A DNA stretch of 63,631 nucleotides, counting the filler. It is 13 parts of 13 records of this genome, joined end to end, with 100 filler letters (N's around TTAATTAATTAA, not from the genome) between each part and the next. Parts side by side here need not be neighbours in the genome. Positions count along the whole stretch, not along the records: positions 47,609 to 55,687 come from SRR7504441_9678; positions 55,788 to 59,214 come from SRR7504441_9683; positions 59,315 to 63,631 come from SRR7504441_9684; 10 more parts are not named here. One strand, 5' to 3'. This document shows, in pieces, positions 50,601 through 63,399 of this stretch. A program made the position numbers and the translations under genes. Position 1 is the stretch's first letter. Each line of letters starts with the position of its first letter. The notes beneath the pieces were generated by a model. It was not told where the DNA came from. It searched no databases and saw nothing but the letters and a program-made list of their open reading frames with translations.

Positions 50601-53600
50601 GAGTTGCCCATATCTGGATGATAGGCCATCAGGGGCACCAGAGCAACTCCAATACTCACTGATTCCGCCCACTTTCCCTGCTCCAAGAGCTGGAGGTATC
50701 GCTCCAAGTTTGACTCCATGTTGTCACCAATCCGGTCCATCATCGTAGAATGAGTCAAGATCACCTCGTGGTGCTGCAAATGTGGCGCGTTCCACAGGGG
50801 GCATCCGCGGACACTCGGGCCAAGGTGAAACAATGATTGCATCCCTGCGACACTGAGAGGGGTTTCATAGAAGAGAAAAGGGCCGAGCTGCCATTCAGCG
50901 AGACTATCATCACTGGCATGGTGCCCAGGGCAGCCCAAGAAAGGCCAGGAACGCCGCTTTTTGTCATCGGGCAGACCACAGTGCTCTGTCTGCTTCAGTT
51001 GACCGTTGATGATTAATGAAAGCGCTACCCGCTTCTCTTTGGACTTGCGCTGCACAGACACTCCAACATGGTACCATGTGTTGACTTCGAACTGGAATGC
51101 TGTGAAGTACGCCCGCTCAGGGATGCCCCGCTGATCCCCAAGGGTCGCCACTAGCGTGTTACTCTCGCAATCAATCACAAATGAGACCAGATCGGGCTCT
51201 CCTGAGGCCAACTCTGTGTATGGACAAGCATGGAATAGGTGTATCAGTCCAGTGTTGCCGGACTTGTTATTGCCTCTAAATGTGACAACTCGGAGCCACC
51301 AAATTGCAGTGAAATTGTGTGGAGGCCATGTTCGCTTAGCTGTCTCAGCCAATGCCACACAACAATGCGGCTCCATCTGATGAGCCGATCCAGTTACAAA
51401 CTCCCATACATCACAGGAGAATTGCCTTTTGGACGTAACGGGCAACATTGTGAATAGCTCATCCGGACAATGTGGTTTCATTAAGATTTTCCATAGTCGC
51501 CTCGCGTCTACAGCGTCGCAGTGGCTCCCAAACAACCTCGTCAACAGTTGCACGCAGGGCTTATGACAGACCAGAGACTCGTTGAGCAAGATAGGCTCGC
51601 TCCAATCAAGGAAGTCAAGGATGAAGCGAGGCAGCTCCGAGAGAGCTTTTACATTCCGGGCTCTGACGAGCAACTCGGCTACTGCGTCACAGATTGTTGC
51701 TGTGAGCTGAGGGTCTTTGCAATGGGTTAGCGCTGCCTCAAGCAATGGCGGCACCAGCTGGCTCTGAGCGATGTCTGTTACGCAGACCTGCATTCAGAAT
51801 AGGTCAGTGCTAGTTATGAGGTCTTTGCATGGCACCTCGGCAGCCTCAATGCTTGTGCCAAGGCAAGCCGCGAGGTCGCACAGCTGCTCAGCCTCATCTT
51901 CGTCAACAGCCAGACTAGCACTCTTTTCCGACTTGGAGCCCTGCCACACTGGACTGGTGTCTGTAATGAGCTGCAGCAACCCATTGAGTACAGCATTGGC
52001 ATGCTGGCTGGTGTAGACTCCAGATTTGCTCAAATTATCACACAGGTCGACCACTGCCCCAGATTCTCGGAAGTAATTTGCATTCTCAGGGTCGTTCTTG
52101 AGGGCGCCTCCAAGCGTGCATAGCAGCAGCAGCAGCAGTCGGGCGCAATCCACGTTGTCCTCGTTCTCAGTGAATACCTGTTTGAGCATACCAAGCGGCG
52201 ATATTGCGCACTGGAAGCCCCCCAGCTCCCTGAACGCCGCCCTGATCTCAGTCCGGTGATGCAGCACTGCCCAGAGCGTGCTGAGGATGTCAGCCTGCTG
52301 CCCAAGCATCTGCCCCCGAGCGTTAGCCGGCTGTCGCAGCCCGGGCACCTGAGCTCGGTCCTGCAGGTGGCCGGACGCCACCAGCTCTCGGATGAGGGCG
52401 CCCATGTAGTCTTCGGTGTGCGCCGAGTCCTTGAGCAGCAAGTTCCTCAGCAGCTCCAGGCAGGCGGCCCGGCACTCGGCCACAGATATCCGGGGCAGGA
52501 TGTGCGACGGGGCGTCGATGCTGTGCAGCAGCGTGGCGTTCTCGCTCGAGGATCGCACCAGCAGAGAGAGCAGCATCATCACGTCGTTCGCAGTCCGCGT
52601 GTCCTCGAGCGGCAAGTTGCTCAGCACGTGCACCAACGAGTCGAGCAGCGACACCTCCCGAAACACATGCACAAAGGTAGGCCGGCAGCCGATCCACTTG
52701 GCGATCGCGTTGATGATCAGCGAGCGCGAGATAGCAGAGAGCTGGCCGCCGCCCTGGAGCGCCATCGCGAGCGTGCCGAGCTCCTGGTGCGGAATGTGAT
52801 CGAGCACGAGCAGCTGGTACTCGAGCAGGTTGATGATCATCGAGCGCACCTCCGGGCAGAACGAGTCGAGCTCGACCAGCATTGCGGCGAGCGGGTGCAC
52901 GATCTCCACCAAAGTAGCGTTCTGCGGGTCGTTCATGTAGACACCGTACATGTGCTCCAGGATACGGGCCTGCAGCCACGAGCTCCGGCAGGCCTTGAGC
53001 GCCTCGGGCAGCACGCGGAACGCCTCGACGCACTGGACGCAGTTGGGGTGCGCGCCCTTGTTCCCAAACTGCTGCTGCTGGTCCGGCGGGAGCTGCCCAA
53101 CGTACACCAGCTGGCTGACCACTTGGAGCACCAGCTCGAGCTGCTGCTCGTGCCCCGGGCTGCCGGCCAGCCAGAGCAGCAGCTGTGTGAGCTTGTCGAA
53201 CCCTCCGGCCTGGATGAAAGCCTGGAGCATCTGACGAGTCTGAGTGCAGCTGGCGGCCAGGTACCGCGCATACAGCTGCAGCACAGTCAGCCGGAACTCC
53301 AAGCTGAACGGCGGCAGCTCGGCCGGGCTGATCACGCCCAGCTGGTCGGAGACGCACTTTGCTTCGCACAGGTACGACACTTGCTTGCCTGTGAGAGGGT
53401 GCTCGCACACTGCATCGAGCGCAGCCAGTGCGTGCTCTGCCACCCTCGCGCTCCCGGGCCCCGAGGCCGCCGACACCATCCCGAACAGGCTGCCGATCGG
53501 CCGCGGGTTGGAGAGCAGCTCCTTGATCCCGGGCTCAGTCCCACACAGCCGGCACAGCAGCGCGGCTGCCCTGCCCTCAGCCTCGACTGCCTGGTTGTCC

Positions 53601-54232
53601 CACTCCTCGTCGTCGTTAAACACCATATCCGCCAGCGCCGCCAGCGCCTCCACCAGCGTGGACGGCAGCCCGGCCGAGCACACCGCCCGGCCGGCCGCCG
53701 GTGAGCCCGCCAGCGCCTGGAGCACCTGGCCGGGGTCACAGGCTGCACAGGCTTGGGCTCACCACGAGCTGCTGGTCCGCCAGCATCCGGACGAGCAGCT
53801 CGGCCACCGCCCGGCCGCCCTCTAGCTCGGCCTGCTTGAGCTGGTTGATCAGCAGCTTGGCCAGCTCGCCCAGCAGCAGCTTGATCTCGATCACCTGCCC
53901 GGCGCTCGCCCGGCAACCGGAGCCCAACCCGCCTCTCCGAGCTCGTCGATCCGCTCGGGCCGGTCGGCCACCACTCGGCAGAGCACCGGCACCATCTGGG
54001 CCCAGGCGGCCCGCTGCTTATCCTGCTCGCGCTTGCCGAGCTTGGTGTACTCGCCCCACAGCGAGTGAAGCTTGAGCTCCGCCCGGCTGAGCACCAGCTT
54101 GGGCCGATCCGGCCGGGCCCCGGCCGCAGGCTCCGGGGATCGGTCCGTCTCGGCTGACGGGCTGGCGCTGCTGTTGCCGTCGAACGCCTCGTCGAAGAAC
54201 TTGCCCACCGAGTTTTTGAGCCGTTTGAACAT
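47609..54232 (-). CDS. BEACH-family protein (WDFY3/ALFY/LvsA-like), N-terminal portion, 3'-truncated
   Basis: Long helical-repeat N-terminus (AFRELGGFQCAIS), LamG/ConA-like domain (WPPHNFTAIWWLRV..NTWYHVGV..IINGQL), LGGPSCALLLVE, and pre-PH WSLDFRVGPQSMRKKM motif. The BEACH domain itself lies beyond the contig end. Confidence 0.8.
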
Positions 54233-54483
54233 GCTCGCGAGTCCCGCCGAGCCGCCGGCCCAGTCGGGATCCGGGGCGGCTTCTGGTCCTAGCGGGGCGG
54301 CCCTCCCTCCGCACTAAATCGGTACGCCAGAGGGGCAGCCTGCACCTCTCGAGCCTCAGCAACCGGCACCTCGAAGCCGTCAGGGCACACCGAGCTCAAG
54401 CTGCTGTGAGGTCCGTTGGAACTTGGAAATCTTCAATCCGCACCGCAGGTTGCCCAGTCAGCCAGTCTTGCCACACCACAAGC

Positions 54484-55339
54484 ATGGGGAAGAACTCGTG
54501 TTGTGGCGAATGTTGTGGATGCCTCAGCTCGGGGCTTGTCAAGCTCACCGCGGGGGGCATCTGCCTCTCGGGGCTTGCGGTGATTGGATACGGCCTGTTC
54601 CTGGGCATCAAGCACGCCTGGGGCGGCATCGCCTACTTCATGCTGGCGGTGGGCGGGTACGCCTCCCTGTGCGGACTGCTCGGGCTCTGCCTCTCGTGCA
54701 CCACCGCCCCCTCGTGCACCACCCGGATGTACTCCGGCTTGCTCATCCTGGCCTCGCTCGTCGAGCTCGCAGTGGTGCCCCGCCCCTCCGGGCTCTGCCC
54801 ACCCCCCGCAGGCCATCGCCCTCAAGGTCAACCCGACATGGACCGAGAAGGTGCCGAGCCGGCCGGGGCCGGGCTTGACCGAACGCTGCTAGTTCTTCTC
54901 TGAGCATTGCGGCGGCGGCGACGACTGCAACAAGGACACCCAGGTGCGGCCGGGGAAGGCCGGCCCTGAGCCCCGGCTGGCAGTGGATCGATGACCACAC
55001 CAACAGCGTCTTCTTCTGCCTGCTGATCGCGGCCGGCGTCCAGGTGCCGGACGAGCCGGCGGCTCGGTCAGACCGGCTGGGCAGTTTTTGGCGGCGCTGC
55101 TCGCCTGCTGCTACCTGTCCACTCACCAGGAGGGCGACGAGCTCGACTTTGACGGGTACTCGGACAACCGATACGCCACGCTCAGGACCAGCGGGACCGG
55201 GATGGACTGCAGGCCGCTCAACCCGACGGGGGGCGGCCCGCCCTCATCGCACAAGTCCTACGTGGACAGCCTCAGGGAGAAGTACAACATCCCACCCAAG
55301 AGCGGAAGAACTTCACGAGGCAGCGACGCCAACCTCTAG
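54484..55339 (+). CDS. Tetraspanin-like protein (TOM2A-like), 5 exons
   Basis: Cys-rich N-terminus, four TM helices, short large loop, C-tail with SLREKYNI resembling the MREKY motif of plant TOM2A-like tetraspanins; introns 37-42 nt. Confidence 0.7.
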
Positions 55340-55890
55340 TGGTGCAAATTACTATCCCTATCATCCGTTCCCGTACATATTGGCATGCAAAGCTTAGATC
55401 TCAAACGACCAATTCATTTCTTGAGATACGTTGACACTTTTGGTAACTATTAGGGGCGCTAGATTGTGCGAGTATCTACTACGAAGGGTCATGGCCAGTC
55501 CCCAAGCCCCCAGCCCCCATCAGCGCAGTGAAGCTCAGATCCATCAAATGTTTTTTGTATACGTAAATACGTGCAAATGCATCAGTATTCAGCCATTGAC
55601 GATGTCCCCCTACTGTTCAGAGTGATGCACGTACGCTTCTTCAGTCAAGTCTCCTCGGTTGCTGATCCGCGCGCGAGCACCTCGGGCNNNNNNNNNNNNN
55701 NNNNNNNNNNNNNNNNNNNNNNNNNNNNNNNTTAATTAATTAANNNNNNNNNNNNNNNNNNNNNNNNNNNNNNNNNNNNNNNNNNNNAGTGTTTGCTAGC
55801 ATGCAAGTGAGCATGCATGTGCATCAGTAGTGCATCAGCGTGTTCATTGATTTTAAAATTATTTCTTTATGCATAAACCTCTGAATTTTA

Positions 55891-58800
55891 TCAAAACCGC
55901 CGCTGCGCACGAGACAAGCTAGAGTATTGCATGAAATCGTCCCCGCCTTGAGAACTATTCGAGCTATTCGAGCTATGCCGTTGGCACAATTGGTCGTGCC
56001 TGTCTCGCGCACTCATTCCCCTACGTTGTCCACCTTTGCCGTGATCGTCCCCCTTCCTTTGGCCATGACCACCCTTAGGCTTGCTTCCTTTCCCCTTGCC
56101 GTACGATTGACCCTTTTGTTGGGCCTTTGCGGCTTTCATAGCCTCGTATTGGGGGCCCTGCCTCAGAAAAGCTGGCAGGTTGTCTAACGACTTCAAGCAC
56201 TTGTCAGGCAGCACTGCCTGACCGATCGGCTCTGGAGCTGGCAAGGGTGGTGCTGTGAGGCAGCGGAGGATGGCTCCCTGGAGAGGGAGGTCTTGGGCAT
56301 CTGCACTTTCGGGCTGCTGTATCTGTGATGCGGTAAAGACATGTATTCTTTCTCGAAGTGCAGCAATCTCGGAGGCCAGCTTCTTGCCACACGCGACTTT
56401 GGCCACTCCAGCGATACAGATGTCGCCGTTGTCAATCTTCACGAGCCCGTGGCTCCCAAACAAAACAAGTGCACGGGCAGACACGGGCGAGAGGTCGCGT
56501 AGATACGGCTTTGTGGTGCGAACTAGCTCGTTGAAGATCCCGAAGGGGTGTTTCAATGTCTGGACAGAGGAGTTGTGAGCAAGCGAGGATGGATGACAAA
56601 AGACCTCGACAGGTGCCGCTTCATCGACAGAAAGCTGAGCGCAACGTGCAGGCTGTCCAGCACCACTGCTAGAGAAGAGTACAATGTTTGGCTCGAAGCC
56701 GCAAAGGAGCACAGCCTTCACAAGATCTGCATTATCTGAGTTCACATCGCAGGACTGCGGAACTTCACTGTCCCTGTTGGGTCGCCATTCAGTCACAAAT
56801 TTGAGTTTCTGAAGTTCTGAAGCCAGCTGCTGTCTCATTGAACCAATCATTCGAAGGCTGTTGAAAGAAAGAAAGCTGGACTCGCAAAAGTCGCGCTCTG
56901 CCCGACGGCCTTGAACTCGGACTTCTTGCCACTTATCAAAGGCGTTTATGCAGGTGAAATGATCGCTCAGGTCCCCTTCGGGTGCAAAGCGTCGGCGAGC
57001 TTCATCCGCTGCTGTTCGCTTGTCGATTGGAGAAAAGAAGGGCGAGCGATGTGACAGCGTTGCAGCAACAGTGAGAACCGGAGACAAGCACTTGAAAAGT
57101 GCAGCAATGATCAGCATCTTCCCAATCTTAACATCGACAGGAAGCTTGGCTAGGTGCTTTCCGAGGGCGGTCAAGGGGCCGTCTGCAGCTACAGCTCCAA
57201 CGCGTTCAAGAAACTTAACTGCGGCATCGACAGAAGCTGGCTCTGGAGGCTGGACCGCCCGCTGAAGGAGCTCGTTGCAGCTGAGCGATAGGTCCATCGC
57301 TTTGATTTGCAGAACCAGTGAATCAAGCGGCACTCTAAGAATCTCCGGGGTCGAATGAGGCTCCAAGAACGACTCAAAGTGCCGCCGGGTGAACATGCGG
57401 TAAACATGACCTTCTTGGCATCGCCCAGCCCTGCCTTTGCGTTGCTGCGCACTTGCCTGGCACACCCATTCGTCTTCCAGGGATGCCATAGAGGTGCGTT
57501 GATCAAACTTATTCTGTTTGACGCGGCCAAAGTCGACCACATGTATGATGTCATCAATTGTGATTGAGGTCTCAGCAATGTTAGTGGCAATCACGATCTT
57601 GGTGACTCCGGAAGGAGGTTTGATAAATACGGCCTTCTGCTCCGCCGTCCCTAGTGAACCGTGGAGCGGTAGCAGAAGGTACTGCGACTTGTTCCCGAAA
57701 CCGTTGGCCATCAAACGATCAAATAAGGCAGTGATTTCTGCAATACCGGGCAGAAACACCAGTACAGCGCCATCCTCTAGATGACTCACAATGTGCAATA
57801 GAAGCTCTTCTGCAAGCTCGTAGTTTGGGACCTCTGGATCCATTTCATCAAGAGCTTGGCAGGTGGATGAACTAAAGCCAGGGAACAGTTCCTGCGTCGT
57901 AGGCTGTTCCTGATCGGTAGCATCATCCCCCTCCACTCGACCCCCCCATGTCTTCACTGCAGCCGTGCCAGCATCCTTGGGAGCAGCTGAACCAGTGGGC
58001 GCGGTCTTTTTGACAAAATCAGGACTTGGCAAATAGCGTGTCATCTCCAAGATATCGTCAAGATAATTCTCTTGGACCGGAAACGTACGACCAGGGATAT
58101 GCAATACTGGACAACCACCAAAGTAGGACGAAAAAAGGTTTGCATTGAGAGTTGCTGACATAAGTATAAGTTTGAAAGGCTTGTTTGGCCGCTGCCGCTG
58201 TACAAGCTCACGCAGTAGAATCAAAGCGAAGTCAGATTCAATTCCACGTTCGTGCACTTCGTCGACGAACACATGCGTCACATCATTAAGGTCGGCATCC
58301 GATTGTAATCGACGCAGCAGGACGCCAGTGGTGACATAGAGCAAGCGGGTGGCTGCCGAGACCTTGCTCTCCAAGCGGATCTTGTAACCAACTGAATGGC
58401 CAACTTGCTCACAGCGCTCCTGAGCGACTCTGTCTGCAACGCCGATAGCTGATATCCGCCGCGGCTGTGTGACTATGATGTTGGTCTGTTTACACCCACT
58501 CGCCATTGCGTCTTCTAGCAGGAACTGTGGCACCTGTGTTGACTTTCCACACCCGGTATCTCCCGAGATTACAACAACACTATTGTTTCTTACGGTATCC
58601 AAGATCTGGTCTCGCTTGGATGCTGCCGGTAGCGCTGCTCGCTGTCGCTGCATCTCCTTCAATCGGGGCAGTTGCCTCGCAGGCGCAGGTACGGGCGGAG
58701 CGACCTCTTCCCGCAGGTTGAGACGGCTCCTCGGAGCTGCTCGCTGAGGTGGTTGCTCAGCAGACTCCCCCTCCCCATTGTACTCCCGCCAGCACTTGGC

Positions 58801-59214
58801 ACAGTACTCAACCCCATCCTCCTCGTCTACTACCAACCCATCACGGCCACCGCAGCCAGCGGTTCCACAGATTCGAGACGCCGCCTTGGAAACCCGAGGC
58901 TTGGGTAGCGGTCCAGCATCCGCCAGGGACTCGGAAGCTCTAACATTCTTAGACTTCTTGCTTTTGACCTTGGAGTTTTCAGCTGCTGCGCCCTGTGGTG
59001 CGCTGCTGATCTGACTCTTCTTTGTGGAGCCTCGGTAGGGCGCATCGACCTGCGCTGGTGGCAGACCCTGCTTGCGCTTTGTATCCCCTTGCGGCACTGC
59101 TTGGGTACTCTCACTACTCGCCTCGCCCTCCCCTTGGTACTCCTGCCAGCACTGGGCACAATACGCGACCCCGTCTTGCTCATCGATTTCTAATCCATCT
59201 CGCCGTCGACAGCC
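55891..59214 (-). CDS. DEAH-box RNA helicase (DHX57/DHX36/DHX29 group), 5'-truncated, intronless
   Basis: GDTGCGKSTQVPQ, TQPRRISA, DEVHER, MSAT, ATNIAETSITIDD, QRKGRAGR; HA2 and OB-fold regions. Confidence 0.95.
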   Translation of the reverse strand, partial: GCRRRDGLEIDEQDGVAYCAQCWQEYQGEGEASSESTQAVPQGDTKRKQGLPPAQVDAPYRGSTKKSQISSAPQGAAAENSKVKSKKSKNVRASESLADAGPLPKPRVSKAASRICGTAGCGGRDGLVVDEEDGVEYCAKCWREYNGEGESAEQPPQRAAPRSRLNLREEVAPPVPAPARQLPRLKEMQRQRAALPAASKRDQILDTVRNNSVVVISGDTGCGKSTQVPQFLLEDAMASGCKQTNIIVTQPRRISAIGVADRVAQERCEQVGHSVGYKIRLESKVSAATRLLYVTTGVLLRRLQSDADLNDVTHVFVDEVHERGIESDFALILLRELVQRQRPNKPFKLILMSATLNANLFSSYFGGCPVLHIPGRTFPVQENYLDDILEMTRYLPSPDFVKKTAPTGSAAPKDAGTAAVKTWGGRVEGDDATDQEQPTTQELFPGFSSSTCQALDEMDPEVPNYELAEELLLHIVSHLEDGAVLVFLPGIAEITALFDRLMANGFGNKSQYLLLPLHGSLGTAEQKAVFIKPPSGVTKIVIATNIAETSITIDDIIHVVDFGRVKQNKFDQRTSMASLEDEWVCQASAQQRKGRAGRCQEGHVYRMFTRRHFESFLEPHSTPEILRVPLDSLVLQIKAMDLSLSCNELLQRAVQPPEPASVDAAVKFLERVGAVAADGPLTALGKHLAKLPVDVKIGKMLIIAALFKCLSPVLTVAATLSHRSPFFSPIDKRTAADEARRRFAPEGDLSDHFTCINAFDKWQEVRVQGRRAERDFCESSFLSFNSLRMIGSMRQQLASELQKLKFVTEWRPNRDSEVPQSCDVNSDNADLVKAVLLCGFEPNIVLFSSSGAGQPARCAQLSVDEAAPVEVFCHPSSLAHNSSVQTLKHPFGIFNELVRTTKPYLRDLSPVSARALVLFGSHGLVKIDNGDICIAGVAKVACGKKLASEIAALRERIHVFTASQIQQPESADAQDLPLQGAILRCLTAPPLPAPEPIGQAVLPDKCLKSLDNLPAFLRQGPQYEAMKAAKAQQKGQSYGKGKGSKPKGGHGQRKGDDHGKGGQRRGMSARDRHDQLCQRHSSNSSNSSQGGDDFMQYSSLSRAQRRF

Positions 59215-59314
59215 NNNNNNNNNNNNNNNNNNNNNNNNNNNNNNNNNNNNNNNNNNNNTTAATTAATTAANNNNNNNNNNNNNNNNNNNNNNNNNNNNNN
59301 NNNNNNNNNNNNNN

Positions 59315-62300
59315 TGCCTGCTGCAGGCGGCCGTGGCGGGCTGGCCCCGGCCGGACGGGCGGTCGCGCCCGGCGTTCCACGTCGGCGGTTTGGACGGGAC
59401 GGCCGGCTACGTTGGGGACGCGAACGGGCTGATGTACAGGGGCGGGCTCTTCCACCTGGCCTGGCAATGCGTCCGCCGGGCCGCTGGCGGGCTCGAGTGG
59501 TGCCACGCGGCCAGCCGGGACTTTGTCCGTTGGATAGCGCTCCCGCCGATGATCCGGCGGGCCGGGGCCGAGTCGGGGGGGGTGGCCCAGCTGGCGGATG
59601 GGGATGCGGTGGCCATTTTCAACCAAATCGGCGGCGGCGGGCACTGGCAGGCTCGGCCGGTAGACCGAACCGACCCGTACCTAACAGACTGGCTGGACAC
59701 GCATCCCAACGGCAGCTGGTGCGGGCTATCCGCCTGCGAGCCCACCCGAGGCATCCCGGGCACCGATCTGTCCCAGGCATTCCTCGACGGCAGCGGCGAC
59801 GGGTTTTGGCGAGTGATAGCCGACCGGCCGGACGCTGGCGGAGGGCGCGGGGCGGCGATGCTCGCCCGGACGGCCGACTTTGAGAAGTTCGAGCTCGAGC
59901 CCAACCTGGATAACGGGACGTTCCACCAGTACGAATGGTCGCGGTGTGAGACCCTGCCGGCACTCTGTGGGTTCGGGCCGTACCCGCGGGACCCTAACGC
60001 GTTCCAGATCCCAGGGACGGACCGGCTGTGGGTGTTCTACGGCATGCAGAAGACTTGCGGCTACTCGGGCCGAGAGTTCTACGCGATTGGCCGATACGAT
60101 CGGTCGAGTCACTGGTTCAGCATTCTAAATAACAGAAGCGACTATGCGAACAACCTGTGGTGGGTCTGCCGGATGCGGCGCCGGGCTCAGGCGGGGCCAG
60201 GGACGGTGGCGAGGGGTACGCTGGGATGCACGTGCTCGACCCAGTCAACTCCCGTGTGCTCTGGATCCCGGCAGTTATCGAGTCCGATCGCGACCCGTGT
60301 GCCCCTGGCGGGTCCGGGTTCTACTCAGAATGGCTCGCCTCTCGATCGATCGGGGCCGGCTGGTTCGGAACACTCGGGCTGCCCAGGGAGGTTTGGCTCG
60401 AGGACATGTCTGCACACTTTGGCCCGGGCACCACCGCATTCCTCCGTACTCCGGCTCTCCCGGAGCTAAGCCGGCTCAGGGAGCCCGCCGGCTCGTTTGT
60501 CAGCACGAGCTGGTTGAATCTGCGCGCGCGCGGCGTGTGGCGGGCGGCGCAGCTCCCGAGAGGGCGGCAGGTCGAGCTTAATATCACTCTGGCCGTGCCG
60601 TCGGAGGCCGGGTGGGATGTCGGGGCACTGGTGCTCGAGAGTGATGATGGCCGTGAGCTGACACGAGTCGGAGTTCGCGATGGCACGGTGTTGGACGCAA
60701 TCGACCTGTGGGATCAAGTCAACGGAGATCTAACGGCATTAAACAGCAGCGGATACCGCCAGTGCCAAGCCGCGTGTGCAGCCAGTGCTCTGTGCACGGC
60801 GTGGACCTTCTCGCCTCCCGGACTGTGCCGTCTCAAACAGTTCGCTCAACACTGTCTCCAGGCGGCTAGTTCTAATGGGGCTTTCCAACCTTACCGGAAC
60901 GGATCCATTTCGGGATACAAGCAAACCTCGGGGGTGCGGTACGGCTCTCTTTACGTCGACAGGTCGCACCATCATTTGCCAGACCAAAGCGCGCGCTTTC
61001 CGATGGAAAGATACGGGTATGCCAAGACCTTAATCATCCTACCGCACGAGTCAACTGTGCAACTGAGCGTGTTTGTCGACGCCACCATTGTGGAAGTATT
61101 TGCACAGGCGGGCCGGGCGGTCGTCACGGCTCGAGTCTACCCGTCACTGCCATCTGCCACCGGCATTGCGCTCTTTAATAACGGAAACCACACAGCTGTG
61201 ATCGAGCAGCTGGCTGTGTGGCCGCTCGGCAGCGCCAAAGCGTTTGTGGACTCTCGGGACATCACCAAGGCCCGAGTCGCGCTCGAGGAATCGTATACCG
61301 ACCAACCGTACTGCGCCCAGTTACTCAGCGGCCGTTGGTCGTGCGTTACCACCATAACTGCAGGGCATGGGGAAGGAGGGTTTGGTGAGCATGTCGTGTC
61401 TATTATCAGTGACGACTTTGGCACCAATTGGGATGGACCGTTCACCATCGAAAAGCCGGACGGTACACCCGGAGGAGTGCCGAACTCGTATGCTACCATT
61501 GTGGCCTCGACGAGGGGGACAGGAACAAATCAGACCACTCGGCTGTTCGCGATCTACAATCTGAATCAGTTTAATGTGACCGTGCCGGGCAGAAACGACG
61601 AGATGGGCTTCTTTTTCATGCGGTACAGCGACGACGGCGGCGTCAGTTGGTCTTCCGAGCGCTTCGAGGTGCCCTATCCTAGTACATGGATCGATCGGAA
61701 CAACAGAATTCCGTACAACGGCAGCCATCACCCTCGGTTGATGTGGACAGTTGATCAGGTCAAAATATCTCGCGGCGCCGCTTGGTTCGCCTTCACTAAG
61801 ATCGGATCTTACGTGCAGAACCCGCCGCAGGAAATATTTGTGATGAGGAGCAGCTCCCTCCTGAATGCGACTCTGAACGCTTCGGCTGTCAGCTGGAAGA
61901 TGCTCCCTGCAGCTGATCATGGAGTCAAGTGCGTGGCTGGCTACAACTGCAACACCACAGTGAATGAAGAAGGCCACGTGCTTCCGCTCTCCGGCTCGGA
62001 CTCGGTCGTGGTGATGGCGCGGACCAGCACTGGTTACTTGTCGATTGCAACCCGCGGTCCAGACCTCGAGCCGATTCAAGGCCGCCCGGAGGGCCAAGGG
62101 GCTCTTTTCGCCCAGTACTGGAATAATTCCAAAACCGCCAAATCGCTCGAGCCTCTGTCTGATGTCGCAGTGACGACAGCATCTGGGCCTAAGATCGTGC
62201 ATGCTGGAGTCAAGCAGCCGCGTGGGCCGTTCACGCCCAAGGAGATCTCGCCAGGGAGTGGGCGCTACCTGATGCTTTACTACAATAACATGGGCAGTGG

Positions 62301-63399
62301 CAGCGGGTGGTTCGGGCGAGATCCGTATTTCCTGTGCAGCGGGGTGGAGGTCGGCGATACTATCCTGTGGTCTCAGCCTGAGATTGCGCTCTATGACCGA
62401 ATTTACCGAGGGGGCACCAGTGGCGGAGGATACCCTGACCTTATCATAACCGGACAGCTACCCAGCAACATCAGTGTGAGCATAATCGCGGCACAAAAGG
62501 GGCTCCCGCAGCCACAGAAGAGCCGAGTATACCTAGCTCGGGTCGGGTCGGAGCTGGTGCGCGGTTTGCTCGCTCAGCACCACAGCGTGGAGCTGCCCGA
62601 TGGCCTCGTGCTCCACCTGACCAGTTCCCAGGGCGTGCTGCCTCCCTTGGCGGCCACAGGAGCCAACGGCGGTCCTGAAACGCCACAACGTGGCTTCTCT
62701 CTGAATGTGCTATTGAGCGGTCACTCAGAGAGCAGGGAGGGAGAAGTGCTTTTGAAGAGCGAGCACCTCACCCTGGCTGTTGGCTCGACACCGGCCAGAC
62801 CACTGTTGTTTTCGCTTGATGATGGCAGCGGTGCATACTTTAATGCTTCTCTCGGGCCTGTTTGCATGGGCATGCTGTCTCCGAGCTGGGGCGGCGCTCA
62901 CAACCTTGCGATCGTTGTCGATGGCGGCGCTGGGATCGTTTTCTTTGTTGTCGACGGTACCTTCTGCGACGACAGTTTCTTTTGGGTAAACAACTCAATG
63001 GGTGTCGTACCTCAGAGCATGATCGAGCTCGCGCCCAGGTACAGTGGACGAGTCCACGCCTTGCGGGTGTATGCCAAAGCCCTCCGCACTTCGGAGGCGG
63101 TCTCGCTCAGCAGAGCTACTGCACAAGCCGAATGCGAGGTGTCGTGCAGTGGGCTGAATAAGAGGAGTTCTGGTACATGCGGCTGCGAATTCAATTTGAT
63201 GCATTTGGTCTGGATCATTGGGCTGGCGGTGCTGGCGGTGGTAGCGGCCGGGCTGGCAGTGTGGAAGTGGAGAAGGTCTTCTAGTAAGGCGCCTGCCGAG
63301 CTCACATCGACTAAGGGTCTGCTTTCGGATCATGAAGGCTCGGAGGATGGTCCAGCGAGCACCCGCAGCGCCGGAGATGACTACTGGCTCCGTCACTAG
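59315..63399 (+). CDS. Type I membrane multidomain glycosidase: GH32-like propeller + PAN/apple-interrupted GH32C + BNR sialidase-like propeller + LamG + TM
   Basis: GYVGDANG..FHLAWQ, WCHAASRDFVRW, LGLPREV, VFVDATIVEVF..TARVYP (GH32); CQAACAASALCTAWTF..CRLK (PAN); Asp-boxes SDDFGTNW and SDDGGVSW; HNLAIVVDG (LamG); TM LVWIIGLAVLAVVAAGLAVW. Intron 60160..60200. Confidence 0.8.

Noticed and set aside
51788-51835. In-frame TGA between the two long BEACH ORFs as another Sec or readthrough site
   Set aside because: It lies inside a 48-nt GT-AG intron with a CTGAC branch motif.
52256-53704. Long antisense ORFs (482 aa here; also 21634-22725, 2312-3316, 61321-62202)
   Set aside because: Shadow frames of GC3-rich genes on the opposite strand or in-frame extensions; no independent motifs.
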